Below the pieces are notes generated by a model. It had not been told where the DNA came from and did not search any database. It was given only the letters and a program-made list of their open reading frames with translations. A DNA stretch of 64,000 nt from Felis catus (taxonomy: Eukaryota): contig NC_058368.1 of assembly GCF_018350175.1 (NCBI RefSeq), positions 68,140,001 through 68,204,000 of the forward strand. The letters are read 5' to 3'. The position numbers and the translations under genes are program-made. Shown here piece by piece: positions 37,901 through 52,009 of the stretch (within the stretch, counting starts at the first letter, position 1; every line of letters begins with the position of its first letter).

Positions 37901-40900
37901 GAAAGAAGCGCAGTCTCATTTGATCTGGCCTTGAGGTCTTTGCACACATTCACACCTCTGCTCTGGACAGATAAATATGGGCTTTAGTGCACTGCCCCGG
38001 GGATTATTTTTCTAGAAACCTGTACACATGGCATGGTCTTTGCTTTTCCAGAGTTTTTGCTAGAGCTCTCCCAGTCACTTCACCAATCTATCCTTTCCTA
38101 ATATACTTTTTTCCTTTCTCATCATTCTTTATCCCACCAGGCACCGATCACCCAGGCCCCAAAATGACCATTGGATCTTGGTTGCTTTTCAAATGCTCCT
38201 TCTCCACCATCCCACACTATTGTCCACCAGGCTCCTCCAACTCATAGGAAATAAGGCCATAGATGTAATTTTGGGCAATGTCAAGACTGTGAGTTGTTTG
38301 AGGGCAGGGACCATATGTTATTGCTTTTCTCTATCCTTAGGATTTAGTAATTAGCGTATGACACATAGAGGTGACTCAGTTAGTGTATGTTGAATGAATG
38401 AGTAAATGGGTAATCATGAAACTCAGCCAAATGTTCTGATCAGAGGATTAAGAGCCATATATTTCTGATTGTAAGCCAAATGTATACACTGACTCTATTA
38501 GTAAACATCTCTAGGGTAATAATATACCTACCTCTTTGAAATTCAGTTGTGACTCACTGACTAGCTAATCAAACTGCCTTCATATGTCCCCGTTTTCTCA
38601 TGTTTGAAAGAGTGTATTTAACCATATCTTATCCCAATTGGTTGTTGAGAGATTTAAATTACATAATTGTTGACATTGGATGACACTGGGCCTGCCACAT
38701 AAGCAAATAACAACATAATGACGCCACAGTCACAGTCATCGTCATCACGGTTATCATTGTTTACATGCTTTTAGCTCAGCACCAGTCTTGGCATTGTAGA
38801 GGAGGCAAGAGACATAAAATTTGTTCTTTTCCCAGGAGGAATTTCTAAGGGACTGGGAAGACAAGAAAAAAGACACACAGGCAGGAACAATGTAGCAGTG
38901 AAATGCAGAACAAACCATAAATGCAGAAAGACTGCAAATGCAAAGTAGGGCCCGCTCAGGTATGTATGGAGGGATCCGATGTGGTGGGGAAGTATGTAGC
39001 TCTTAGAAGGCAAGTCATTGTAGCAGAGAGTCCTGAATGAGATGGGGGACAGAGGTGTCCCTGGGAGTGGGCCCCAGGGACATTGAGGAGACTAGTCTAA
39101 CTTGACTAGGAGGTTGGATTGGGGGTTAGTAGGAAATGAAATTCTGTAGGCATGGGTGGAGCTAAATTCTGGACAATCTGGAAGGGTAGGTAGGGTTTAA
39201 ACGTGTGGCTTGTTACGTGTGCATAGAGATCCATTTTAGGTTCTTTCCCAGGAAGTCACAGGTAAAAGTGAGGTTCTTGGAAGAGTAATTCATGGGGCCT
39301 GGGAGTGAGAAGTTGGGGTGGGAGCAATGAGGGAAACGGGGTTCCAGTGCAGTCCCATATGAATTCAGGGGAGATGAGTAAGGGACAAGCATGGGTGTCT
39401 GTCTATATCTCTCAGAGGAGGAATCAGTGGGTTCGGGTGACTCTTCAGTTTCCATTGCCAGACAATGAGCATCGCATCACTGGTGAAGAGCAAATGTTTC
39501 CATAATGCCAATAAGAGAGAAGGGCAGGGTGAGTTCACCTCGCTTCACACTGATTGACTTGCTGGGATCATTTTAAGTGTTAGTAATTGAGAATAACGCT
39601 ACCGCCTGAGAGCACTTTGCACATGGAGGTATATTTATAACTCTTCTTAACCTCATCAAATGTCAATTTCAAAACTTATAGAGTCAATAATCAAGCACAT
39701 TTTAACTCCCCTGAAAAAATTATGATGCGCACTTAAGCATACCCCTGCACTTAAATTTCCAACATGTAGCATTCAGAAGGAGTTGGGACTAAGTAAGCGT
39801 ACTGTCTACCTTCTTAACAGATTTACATAGAAATTTTTCAAAGTCATTATGAAATCGTTAAAGTATTTTCCTGGTATCTCTTGGAAACACTTAGAAGCTT
39901 TGGCAGAAATTGTTGTCTTTGGTCTAATCACATATTTCCAAAGGCAGTTTACAGACATGTTATTTTTCTATTTACTAATTATATTTATTTGATACACCAA
40001 TCACTTAATAGCCTCTGGCTGCATTTACAAATAGTATTGAAAAAGCTCCCGCTGTTACACTTATAATTTATTATAGGCAACATAAAAACAAGATGCTCTC
40101 TCTCCACATGAATAACACACACAGGGATGCTTAGAGAAGAACTCTCTACAGATCCTGAATGATCAAATATAAAGGGCATTCTTAGCTGAGGGCGTTTGTT
40201 TCTAGACAGCTGGAGATTGTGGCTCTTGTCCATCTGTGCTTGGGGAGAGGAGAGGCAAAGTGATGCCTGGAATTCTGACTTCGGTTGGCCAGGCAAGGTG
40301 GAAAACCATGACCCTCAAGGAATTGGTTGGTGTTTGCCATCCTCTTTTTAGGATAATCTGAGTCAGCCAGGGAGAATGTGGTCCTAGGGTCTCTCAAAGG
40401 GTCTGTGATAGGGAATACTTTGTGGATGATTACGCAAAACAAAAAAGAAACACTGTCAAAAAAGTACAGAGGCTACCTAAGCTGTGTGGTTTCAGAAGGA
40501 TACTTCTTGGTTCTTTTTTTGTTGCTGTTCTTTTTTTGGGGGGGTTCTACTTTTTGATTCTTCAATTACCTATATACCTGATGGTCTTCCCTTTTAGGCT
40601 CTCCTCATTCAAAAAATGTTCTTTAAACTTTTACTAGGCCCTTTGTTCTGTGTGTGACATGAAAAGCCATCGAGAAGCTCATACTCTTTTCAGTAGACCA
40701 AAGCACTTCTCTCTTGCCTCCAAGACCTGAGAAAGACTCTACAATAGGCCAGGATTGAAGAGGGGTCCACATTTCCAGTTACATCAACTTCCATGCTCAT
40801 CTTACATTGAGCACCTTCTATTTCTGTGCTGGTTCCCCCATTTGAAATATTCATTCTATTACTTATATACATATATTTTTTCCCCATGTAGACCATAAGA

Positions 40901-41795
40901 TCAAAAAAAAAAAAAAAAAAAAAAACCTCTTAGGACAGGGCACATGTTTCATACACTCCTGTGTCATCATCTTCCCTAATAACTAGTAGGGTGCTATTCA
41001 CATAACTAAATGTTAATTATAATACAACAGGAAACAGTGGTCTTAGCTTGGAACAGTGAATTTCGTTCATGTGTCTCAAAACTCTCATTAAGCCTTCACA
41101 ATACCCCAGGTTAGCAAGTAGGGCAAATAAAACCTCCATTTCACACGGGAAGAAGGTACAGGTGGGTCATGGTGCTTTCAAAGGGGAAAGTGAGTATCCG
41201 AAAACATGGAGGAGAGACATGGAGAGATTCTTCTCTTCAACCTCACAGTTCCACTGCAGCCCTGGCAAACCTTGACGGTGATGCTCCACAGATAATAGAT
41301 GCAGGTGAAGTGGTTGCTCATGCAAGTAGGTTGCTTACACTGTTTACTTCAAAACGGGATGAACCAAATGCTAATCAGAGCTTGGGGTGCCTTGTCTTCC
41401 GTGTTATCAAAACAACATTTTAGAGGAACTTTGCCACCCCTTCCAAATAAGTAATGTGATTTATGTAAAATGAGATGCTCTTTTATTATTCTAGCAGAAC
41501 ATGTGAATAATTTATGAAGTAATTCTAATCACATGTTGAAGGAAAAAAAAAACGACAGTGGTCATGCCCCTCTCCTGCCTTATATATTAATTAGAGCGAT
41601 TTTTGCATTGTGCATTTATTAGCAATTTGGGAGGAAAGGAGTTTTGTTTTAAAATATTGGGAGATATCCTAAGGAACTATTTGAGTGTGTGGAAATTGGT
41701 TTTAGCAATATTTAGATGATATCGAGAGTTCGAGACTTAAATGAGGAAGAATCTCCTTTTGAAATTTTTACCAATTCCACTTTTTCAGTTGATTT

Positions 41796-41862
41796 TTTTA
41801 AGTTTATTTATTTATTTTGAGAGAGAGAGAGAGCGAGCAGGGGAGGGGCAGAGGGAGAGGGA

Positions 41863-41904
<42 letters not shown>

Positions 41905-42004
41905 CCCAAGCAGGTTCCACACTGTCAGCATGGAGGCTGACACGGGGGTTGAATTCACGACCGTGGGATCATGACCTGAGCCGACTGAGTCACCGAAGAG
42001 CCCC
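41796..42004 (-). mobile_element. Can-SINE (SINEC) with internal deletion
   Basis: Antisense body. TSD TCAGT[T/G]GATT[T/G]TTTT at 41785 and 42005. The AATCAAGAGTCGGACGCTTAA segment is missing. Confidence 0.92.
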
Positions 42005-44628
42005 TCAGTGGATTGTTTTTATACCAGTTTTACTGTTTTTTGGTGAAGGTGGGTTATAGAGGACTTGGTTCAGAGGAGATGGGCAGGTCTCTTGTTCTGT
42101 ATTTTTGCATAAGACCAACATTTTTCCTGCCCCAATGTGTCTGTAGGTTGTGGTGTCATTGTATCATCGCAGGCAGAAGAGTGGCTCATTCCTCCAGGTT
42201 TTCCCAGCACTGTATTTCCTAATAGAGAATGACGTCTAGGAAAGAGTTGTTGGCACAAAGCAGGTGCTTTATACTTTGGGTATACTTGTTCCCAAATAGG
42301 GAAATTACAGACATAAGAAAAGTCCTTTTCAGTTTATGTTCTGCCCTAGCATTCATTGTCTTACTAGTTTTCTCTATAAATTTTTATCTGAGCTCAGATT
42401 TGTATCTATCATATGACTCCAATGACAACAACCCCCCAGCTCAACCCAGGCATCTGCACAACTCTGAGTGCTCACGTGAAAGTCTGTCTATCTCCAACTG
42501 CCTCTTCATTGTTTTCGTTCTGTTTTAATAGAGTCCTGGAATTGAAAAGGAAACCCTCTAACGGATAATTGGGTGATGAATACCAGGTGTTGAGTAGCCA
42601 CTGCCAGGTTCAGAAAGTTGCAGTGGCTCCCTTTTGTATATTGACACATTCTCTTCCCTGGATAATATCCTTAACTACTGTTCTGCTTTTGCATTTCTCA
42701 CTTCCCACTTCTCTTGTGGCCTACACCATAAACACGCTTGGCATTTTCCTGTAGCCCAGGGGCTGGGTCCTTCCCATAAGAGAATCTACTTGATTCCTTC
42801 ATTCTCACAGTTTCCCTGCTGGATAACTAGAGCAGAATGTTAGGTAGAGGTCGTCGATAGGCCCGGCAAGGGAGCAGTGGCTGTCATCTGAAACCCAGCG
42901 TCTATAGAGAACTAACCTTGGGATGGCCAGGCAGAGCTCTGAAATTTCCTGGCAGGTTGGGTCTTACTGTGTGGGGAGCATTGCTCTAGACCTTAATATA
43001 TAACGGATTCTTTGGTAAGTCCAACCTGATTGCATTTCTTCTCAGTACTTTCCAGTGTATATATTGCATTTATTTCTTCCAAGCCACTTTCCAAAACAAA
43101 TTCTATTTTTCCCTAAAGGCCCGTTCTGAGGTCTTTATGGCACTTGGATATAAACCTGATTCAAGATTTCCCAAATATGTATCATGTGCTGTCAGTCCAG
43201 ATATTTCTTTTTTTTTCTTTTCTTTTTTTTTTTTAACTTGTCTCTTCCTTAAATGTTTGATTCATTTTATCTGCTAAATTGTAAGCACATGAAGGGCAAG
43301 AAACATGTAGGGACATTGTCTGACCTCCTGTATCTACCTCAACATCCGCAGTTCCTCCTCAGCCAAAGGGACCTTGTCAGCATTGTTTAAATTTGGTTAA
43401 TGGATTTTCCTCACTGAGGAAAATCTCTTAAATTGACATTTTAAGCTGTGCCATTAATTACTAACTAACATGCTCTCGTAACTTAATGCCATTTCCTTCA
43501 CTTCACTCTGCAAACCATTTTTGTTCTAAAATAAATCTCGTGAAGGAATCACTTCTCTTGGCTTAGCTTGGGACATCTAAATTAGCCCTAGGCATTCCTA
43601 TTTAATTCTGGTTCTGAGTACCTTATGGAATTAGATTTGGCATGGGGTCCTCCACAGGGAGCTGTCAGCGGCCAACACCAGGATGGATGATGCACTTAAG
43701 GAGTGCAGAGCAAGAGTGACCTCAGGAACAGATTTAATCCATATCTATGCACAGATATATGTCAGACACATCTTCCTGAGAGCTCTGACACACAAAACCA
43801 AAAAAGCTTAGAGCTGCAGGGGATTTTAGAAGACATGTCGTCCAGTCTCAGCCTTTTATCCAAGAGAAGACTGAAGCCCAGAAAGAAGAAGGGACTTCCC
43901 CTCATCACAGAGCCAATCAGGGGAAGTCCTGATATTGGAACCCAGGCCTCCAGATTCCCGAGAACATACTCCGGTTTGAAGCCACATGAATATCAGTTCT
44001 CGGTGCCGATTTTAGGGCTTAGTGTGTAAGGAGACCGGGGAGTTAACTAGCAAAATTGAAATGCCTGTAATAAATTAACAATGTATAGTGCCTGGGAGCT
44101 ATGATTACAGGTGCTGTAAAAATGCAAAATGTAATGAAAATGATAACTTTACTGAGAAGCTTCTGAAAATAGGATGATATGATGCCTGCCCAGGGCCAGA
44201 GGGGAGGTGCCTCCTCAAATCACCCGGTGCTATGTGACCTCGTGGAGTCTAGGGGAATCTTTGCCCATTACCATTAGCTATGGTTTGCAACCGTGATGCC
44301 CAAAATAGTCACCTAGGGGCCCGACACATAAAGTATTTTCATCAGTGCTGAATTATTCATGAAGCGATTTTGTTGGGAGACTGTGCAACTCATTGTATCA
44401 TCTGACTTAGAGGCGGCGCCACAATTTACCAACTGCTCTTCTTATGTCAGTTGAAATGTAACACAGTGGGAGTTAAGTTTGACATCATGTTCATTTCCTG
44501 AGAGTTTTTTGTATTTACATTTTTTTTCTTAGTCTTATTGAATCAAAATATTTTTTCCTTCCTGTGGATTAGTTATGGATCCTTAGACCTGAAACCTTTT
44601 TGATTCAAGGATCCCCAGGGGCAAAAAA

Positions 44629-44750
<122 letters not shown>

Positions 44751-46499
44751 AAGAAAGTCTCAGGAACAAATACTTAAATTATGTTTGAACAATTACCTAA
44801 GAAAAAGATGGTTCCTGGCTTATTAAGACAAGACATGACCAAATTACTTCCTCACATTTATAGATGGGATTACTGGACTGGCAGATGAAGGGGAAAACCA
44901 TAAACCATAGAAACAGTATATCTTTATTTCATTAAGATCTCCAGCAGCTTTTCTGCCGATACGGATATGCCTGTGGTGAGTAGGGAGAAATTGAAAGGCA
45001 TGGTAATAGAGTCAGATGGTCCCTTTGATTGAACACCTATCCGTAAAGTGTTAGATGCACCTTACCTTAAAGATAATCTATTGTCCATTTGGGGTTTTTA
45101 TTTATGATTATGCAAATGCATGATTAAACAAAGTAACACCCTCCCAGTGTTTTACGAGTGAATCCCTCCTGGAATATCCTGGGAAAGCAGAACTTGATCT
45201 CCTATTGCAAATGCAGTTAGGGGCTTTCTCTCCATTCCTGACCCCTTTCTGACACCTCCTGACCACAGTCCCCTGTGTTTGCTGTTTCTTCCTTCTCACG
45301 AACTTCAGCAGAGTGGGAAGTGTGGAAGTGACTGCATTCACCTTTATCAATTTTTAAGAGAGATTTCCTCTCAGGGACATAGTCTAGGTCCTTGCTCTGC
45401 CACTTTCAAGGCCTGCCCTGTCTCTGTCTGCCTTTCAACACATCATTATAGTCACACATAGTAATTGAGAGCCTCTCTGGGCACTGTTCAAGGACACATG
45501 ACAGCAAAACATGATGGCAGTTCCTGCTCAAATGGGGATTTACATTCTGATGGTAGGAAAGAGACGATTAAAAATACTCAAGTAAACAAATGCTTTCAGA
45601 TAGCGACTAGTGCTATGAAGAAAAAGACACTAGAGTTTTTAATTCTTCACACATCCATATTGATATCTTAACACAGTCACGATGGATTGCCTTTAAGGAG
45701 GGCCACTCTCACTCACAGACAGGACTCTATTTCTCTTCCCATCTCCCCTCCAGACAGTCTGGGACACAGCATTCCCAGCAGCGTTACTGGATACCTGATT
45801 TATTCTGTCTAGATCAATCTGCTGGGAGACATTGCCACCCTCTCTCTCAGGGCTGGTTGGTTCCAGGTCTCAATGGCGTGTGGTACAATAGCTCTCCTTA
45901 TTTTGGTCGTCATCCCCTGGGTGATCGCTGAACCCAAACAGGTGCTCAACTCCAGGAACAATTCTCAGAGGACGGTCAAAACACATGTTGAAAAAGAGAA
46001 GCATAATCTTCACGGCTGCCCCTGCCCACAGCAGAGAGATCATGAACAACTTCATGAACCTTAATTAATTTGCAGATCTTTGCTCTTTACTTACACTGAA
46101 ATCTATAGGAATACAAAAAAAAAAAAAAAAAAAAAAAAAGGAACCATTACAGGGTCCACCACTCCATAGGGGCCATCTCTTAGCTATATAAATATTGAGC
46201 AAAAACTTTGCAATTAATATATTTTTGCTTAAATCTGGGGCCAAGACAATTTCTTGACCAGAACATCTTCCTATAATATTTGTGTAAAGGGAATCAGTTT
46301 CAGGATCAATTCTTCTTCTGTCCAGGTAACACTTCAGAAAGGTGTGGGTGAATTGTGCTTCGGTTAGACATAGAAAACATGCTTCTGGGTTATGTGTAAG
46401 ATACAAAATATGAGTGATGGCAAGTAAGCTTTAAAACTGGTCTTCATATGAGATATTTTAAGAAAAAATGTTGAACAGGCCAAAATAATGACAGAATCA

Positions 46500-47090
46500 A
46501 ATTTTTTTCTTAATAGGATGGAATGATGTGTTCCAACCATGGATATTAAATATGATAGGATTAAATGTAAGGTACTGAATTCTAAACCTTATCCGTACTC
46601 GCTCAGGGTTGGGGAGGCCTGACATGACTCAATGACAGTTGATGTGAAAAAAGGCCTTAATGGCTTCAGTAGATCATGAACTTGCCCTTCTACAAGGTGG
46701 CATGGCAACAAGAGGGCAAGCGGCCAGAACAAGGGAAGATAGATATCCATAGACATCTGCACTGGAAAGCTGAAATCTGGAGTATTGTCTCAAATTTGGG
46801 TGCTAACTCACTCACAGAGATATTTACAAACCAGAGAGCATTCAGAGTAGGTTGAATCCAATAGAAGGGCATCTGAAAACTAAGGAATTTCACACAGAAA
46901 GAGAAGGCTTGTAGTAGATATGATATGTATCTTTAAATAGTTAGATGGGTAGCATATGGAAGAATGAGTAGATAGAACTATGTCAGGCAAACAGGAATTT
47001 GAGAACAATCTAATAGTGGCAAAAGCTCCTGAATAAAGTGGTGAGTGCTTTGGCACAGAAAGTGATCAGGTAGGAGCCTAAACACATCTG
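46500..47090 (+). mobile_element. L3/CR1 LINE fragment
   Basis: TAAATGTAAGGTACTG...TGGAGTATTGTCTCAAATTTGGGTGC...GATATTTACAAACCAGAGAGCATTCAGAGTAGG resembles the CR1 ORF2 3' region. Confidence 0.6.
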
Positions 47091-47406
47091 CAAAATATAT
47101 ATCACTGTTAGTTATCTTGGTTCCAATTATTACTATGATATTCAAGACAACTCATTGTTAGTCTTCCTCTTTGACCCACAATATGGAAAAATCCAGAATA
47201 TGAATATTTTCCAGCTTTGAGTCCCTCTTCTACCCTCTTGTGCATGCATAAAGCTTGCGCAAACTTCCACATTACCATCTTCACTAGTGGATGTCTGATG
47301 GGACGTGGTAAGTGGTCCTCTGCTGGCCAGGAAGTCTTCCCAAGTTGTGACTTGGGCGCTCAGAGAAAATCTGGCTCATTATACTATTTAAAAATGAACC
47401 TTCTTA

Positions 47407-47632
47407 GGGGCACCTGGGTGGCGCAGTCGGTTAAGCGTCCGACTTCAGCCAGGTCACGATCTCGCGGTCCGTGAGTTCGATCCCCGCGTCGGGCTCTGGG
47501 CTGATGGCTCAGAGCCTGGAGCCTGTTTCCGATTCTGTGTCTCCCTCTCTCTCTGCCCCTCGCCCGTTCATGCTCTGTCTCTCTCTGTGCCAAAAATAAA
47601 TAAACGTTGAAAAAAAAATTAAAAAAAAAAAT
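47407..47632 (+). mobile_element. Young Can-SINE (SINEC_Fc-type)
   Basis: CpGs largely intact. Perfect TSD AAAATGAACCTTCTTA at 47391-47406 and 47634-47649. Confidence 0.97.
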
Positions 47633-48896
47633 AAAAATGAACCTTCTTAGAAATTCACGTCTGTATTGCTTTGAAATGAAGCTCGTCCTAGAAGAGATTT
47701 TTGGAAATTATAACAATAAAGAAACTACCTTCCAAATTGGTATTCTAGAGAGAATCAAACAGATCTTTGTTAATTAAAAAATGGATACTGCACTCCTTGC
47801 CTGGTGAATATATAATAGAAATGTTTGAGAACATTTCTCTAAGCCTTCCTGGCATTTTTTATGCAGCCTGTGTCAGCCATGAGAAAGTTGTGGTGGTTTC
47901 TATGCAAGACTGAAACTTGTTTTTCTTTTGAATCAATTCTTGCTCAAATTTCTGCTACTTATTTGGATCGTGAGTTTGATAACTCAGCTTATTGTGCTCA
48001 TGTTCTCCCATGTAAGAATGGAGCAATTATTTCAATTTACCTCATTAAACCATTGTGAGCAGACTTCTCAGCTGAACATAGTCAAGAGAAATTAAATGAC
48101 ATCTTACAAATGATGCTGGCATATTTACTATTCTGCACTCCCTTTGTGGCCAAAACTACTCTTCTGAAAAGCTTAGGAGATAGTTTAGAGCTTATCTCAA
48201 ATTATACTCAAACCCACACCAATAATCATGGGAAGGAGGGAATATATAACTCATTGCCCTACTTCCGACGGACATCAGACTGTTACTATCTTAAGAGCTG
48301 TCCGTATAGTCTGTGCTGAACTTTTATTTCTCTCATAAACTTCACAATGTAGGATTAAATCCTCATGAGGAGATAATATTTCCTATTTCTCTTTCAGGTG
48401 GTTCTTTGAAATGTTAATTAGTTTTAGAATTGGTTTATTACCTGTGTTCTTATTGCTCTTATAAAGATACGTGAGTTCGCTAGTTTTCATCTGTATTCGT
48501 AAGACATTTAAAAACAGAAGCTCCAAGTAGAAAAAGCCAAGATCTACTTTAAGAACCACCTGTTACGGAAAGTAAATATCAAGAGCAGGTAGAGCATTAG
48601 CTGGAATACAGAAAGTCGAAAAAACTACTTACAAATATCTGCGGAACTCTACACTTTACTTTGTGAAGATAAGATAGGTGTTATTCTTGTATCTGTAGGA
48701 CCTACTGCAGTGCCTGGCACATTGTGGGTACTCACTTGAATACTTGTTGAATTTGCTATAAGTCATAAATTACAGGGTGAATTAGAAATGGAGCAGCCTT
48801 ATAGGGTAGCCTCTGAATTTATTCTTCAAGTTATTTAACAGGGGGTATGTAAATTCCATGTTATAGCTTTGCCTAATAATCTTAAAATACTTTAAT

Positions 48897-49083
48897 GTAG
48901 TAAATCTCAATCTAGACTGTACATTAGCCTCACCTGGGACATTTGAAAAATCCCAATGCTCCACACTGCCCCCCCCCCCCCAAAGCCAACTGAAACAGAC
49001 CCTCTGGTGGTGGAACTCAGGGATCAGTACTTTCTAGCCCTCGCTAGGGAATTCTGGCATGCAGCCAAGTTTGAAAACCATTG
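48897..49083. mobile_element. MER5A-like hAT MITE
   Basis: TCTCAATCTAGACTGTACATTAG..CACCTGGG...GCAGCCAAGTTTGAAAACCATTG. Confidence 0.6.
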
Positions 49084-49084
49084 T

Positions 49085-49148
49085 TAAGAGTATATGGCAC
49101 GTGAGCATAAGAGTATATGGCACGTGAGTTAAGAGTATATGGCACGTG
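49085..49148 (+). repeat. Tandem triplication of TAAGAGTATATGGCACGTG (three CACGTG E-boxes)
   Basis: Identical 19-mers at 49085, 49108 and 49130. Confidence 0.95.
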
Positions 49149-49617
49149 TGCGCCTAAGTGAATTTAAGCTCCACCTGGTGAATTTTACCTGCTACCATTT
49201 CTCTCTTGTGGCAAGGACAGGCATTGGGGATGTGTAAGGGAAAACTTGCACCACACTGCGGAAAATACATAAATATGAATGGAGAAAGTTGGTGCTATAA
49301 ATCATTTCACTATTAATTATGCTGTGGCCTGTTTTTATGTTCAGTCTTCTTTATAAATGAGATGAAATAGGTTTACAATGTGCCTACCATCGTTTTAAAA
49401 TGCCACATAAATTCACTCCTGTTTTTATGGGGTTGAAAAATTTTAACACAAAAATAATTTGCCTAGCTTGAAGAATTTGCATAAAACCATCGTAGGGGTG
49501 TGTTAAAAATTACTCTTCTTCCCTTTAATGTAAGAGCGCAAGACAGGGTGGAGGATAGATTTCATTCTTATGGTGCCCCAGGTGAATCTCACATTTGCAT
49601 ATTAAAGATTCAATTTA

Positions 49618-49856
49618 TTTTTTTTTTTAATAGTTTTTTTTTTTTTTTTTTTTCAACGTTTATTTATTTTTGGGACAGAGAGAGGCAGAGCATGAACGGG
49701 GGAGGGGCAGAGAGAGAGGGAGACACAGAATCGGAAACAGGCTCCAGGCTCCGAGCCATCAGCCCAGAGCCCGACGCGGGGCTCGAACTCACGGACCGCG
49801 AGATCGTGACCTGGCTGAAGTCGGACGCTTAACCAACTGCGCCACCCAGGCGCCCC
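49618..49856 (-). mobile_element. Young Can-SINE (SINEC_Fc-type)
   Basis: CpG-rich with long T tail. Perfect TSD TAAAGATTCAATTTA at 49603-49617 and 49857-49871. Confidence 0.97.
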
Positions 49857-51523
49857 TAAAGATTCAATTTAAAATAAACTCCCAAGCCACAATGGGCACT
49901 TACGCTAGAATACATATTTCAGCATCGACCTGGGATCATGTAAGGATTCCTAGAGGGCCAGCAATGTCCACACTTGTTCCGGCCATGTCTCCCTTGTGTA
50001 TTCTGTTACAAGTGAGAGTGGAGGGGAATCTGATCTGGGTAATCCACATCTGAAGCCAGAGAAAAACAGTAAATGACAGAAGCCAGAAGCTACAGTGATC
50101 TGGGTTTCACTTCTTAAAGTCTTGTGGCATCATTGTCCCTGGCAACAGCTGGGCTCTTTTTATGACAGGCGGAAATTTGCTGATATTAACAAGCACCATG
50201 GGAACAGAGGAGAAGTGAAGAGATACTGTGGAGAACTCCTCTCGGCAGGGTACAGAAATATTTTCTAGAAGAAAGTAACCCTGGGGAGGACAGCTTGGGG
50301 GTATAGGGTACGGGTGAAGTTTAAGGTAAGCTCAGGTATGGCTCGGGGAGCTATTAACATCAGGATGCTAATGTGGTACCAAAATCAGTTCACAGCAAAT
50401 CCACCAGCTGATTCTAGCACGTCTTCCATCCTTTTAGGGTTTACCCAGCCTCTCAGACTAGTATTTCTTCACTCTTTAAAGGGCATTGGAGACAGAGTGC
50501 TACATCAGTAGATACCTTTGATCAGGGAAAAATTAGAGACACTATACTAATGTGATATTTATTACTTTCTTAGTATTGCTTTTGAAACTTAAACATGATC
50601 GAATAGTTTTCCTTAAGATTAACCTTAGTGGTTCCCTTGTTGTCAAAAAAGTGAAAAGCAGAGAAAGAGAGAATTCAACTTAAGCATGTTAATGAATTCT
50701 GTCCTTTATACAGTCTTAGTGTTCTATCTGCCGCCTTGATTGCCTTTTGCCTCATCTTCATTTGTCATCTGAGATGTTTCGAGTTTGTATAGTATATCTA
50801 TCGTAGTGTGTTTACCTGCTGACATGGGAAAGGCTCCAGTTTTGGGTCTTAGGGTTGCTTGGTTTGTAGTTTGTTTTTGGCTTAAAAGACTTACAGTATC
50901 AGGGGTGTTTTAAGGCCTGAGAATCCTTTTTTAATCCTAGAGATTTGCTTGAAAGATGAAGCTGTCACAGAGGCATCCAAGGAAGTCATAACAATTCCTT
51001 TCCACTGTGAAGCTTTATTTAGGAGAAATGCAGAAAAGTGCAAAAATTGCAAAATTGTAACATATAGAGAAGGACAAATCCGGTCTTGTTACATTTTGTT
51101 CAATGATTCTGTTTCACTTGAAGCATGCCCCCGCCCTTTCCATCTTGGCCAACCTAATGTTTAACTCAAAATACTGTCAAGTTCTTTTGATTCAAAATTG
51201 GGTTCATATAGAGGAGTTCACTCTTCTTCAGCATGTGAGTGGACCCTGGGGCCTCCAGACTTTTCCTCCTCTAGAAGGTTATATGCTGTATCCAAACACT
51301 TCTTCCTCAAAAAGTATACTAATTTTATCCCACCCCACTCAAAGACTTCCAGTGATGTGGAAACTGTGGGAATCAACCTCATGGCTCCAATGTGACTATT
51401 TCATCTTCTCTACAATATCCCTCTCTTCCTATAAATTGGCCTCTCTACTGTCACCCCAAAATGTCTTCTACTTTCTCAACTTTTCATGTTTTCTCATGGT
51501 ATTCTTCCTTTGTTATTACTTTC

Positions 51524-51591
51524 TGTATTAGTCAGGTTCTCCAGAGAAACAGAACCAATAGGAGATCTCTCTCTCTCCCCCCTCCCTCTCT

Positions 51592-51634
<43 letters not shown>

Positions 51635-52009
51635 GACTTACAAGGAATTGGTTTATATGATTATGGGGGCTGGCAAGTTCAGAGTCTACATAGCTAATAT
51701 CCCAGCTCAAACCCAAAGCTGCAGTAGAACCAGGAAGAGCTGATATTCAGTCTGAGAGCTGTCAGACAGGAGAATTCTCTCTCTTAATTGGGGGAGGCCC
51801 ATCATTATGTTTTGTTTAGATCTTCAACTAATTGGATGAGACCCAACCACATGAGGGAGGGCTGTCTGCTTTACTCAGTCTACAGATTTAAATGTTAACC
51901 TCATCTATCCAAAATCCCCTTATGGTAACACCCAGAATAATGTTTGACTAAATGAATATCTGAGCACCCTCTGGCCCAGTGATATTGACACATAAAATTA
52001 GCCATCACA
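51524..52009 (-). mobile_element. ERVL solo LTR (MLT2-family) containing a (TCTA)n microsatellite
   Basis: TGTATTAGTCAGGTTCTCCAGAGAAACAGAACCAATAGG...TTGACACATAAAATTAGCCATCACA termini. Confidence 0.85.

Noticed and set aside
49085..49148. CRISPR-like direct repeats
   Set aside because: Mammalian DNA, and the spacers are only 3-4 nt. It is a simple tandem duplication.
49500..50053. ORFs of 110-127 aa, and similar ones at other SINEs
   Set aside because: Translations of Can-SINE sequence.
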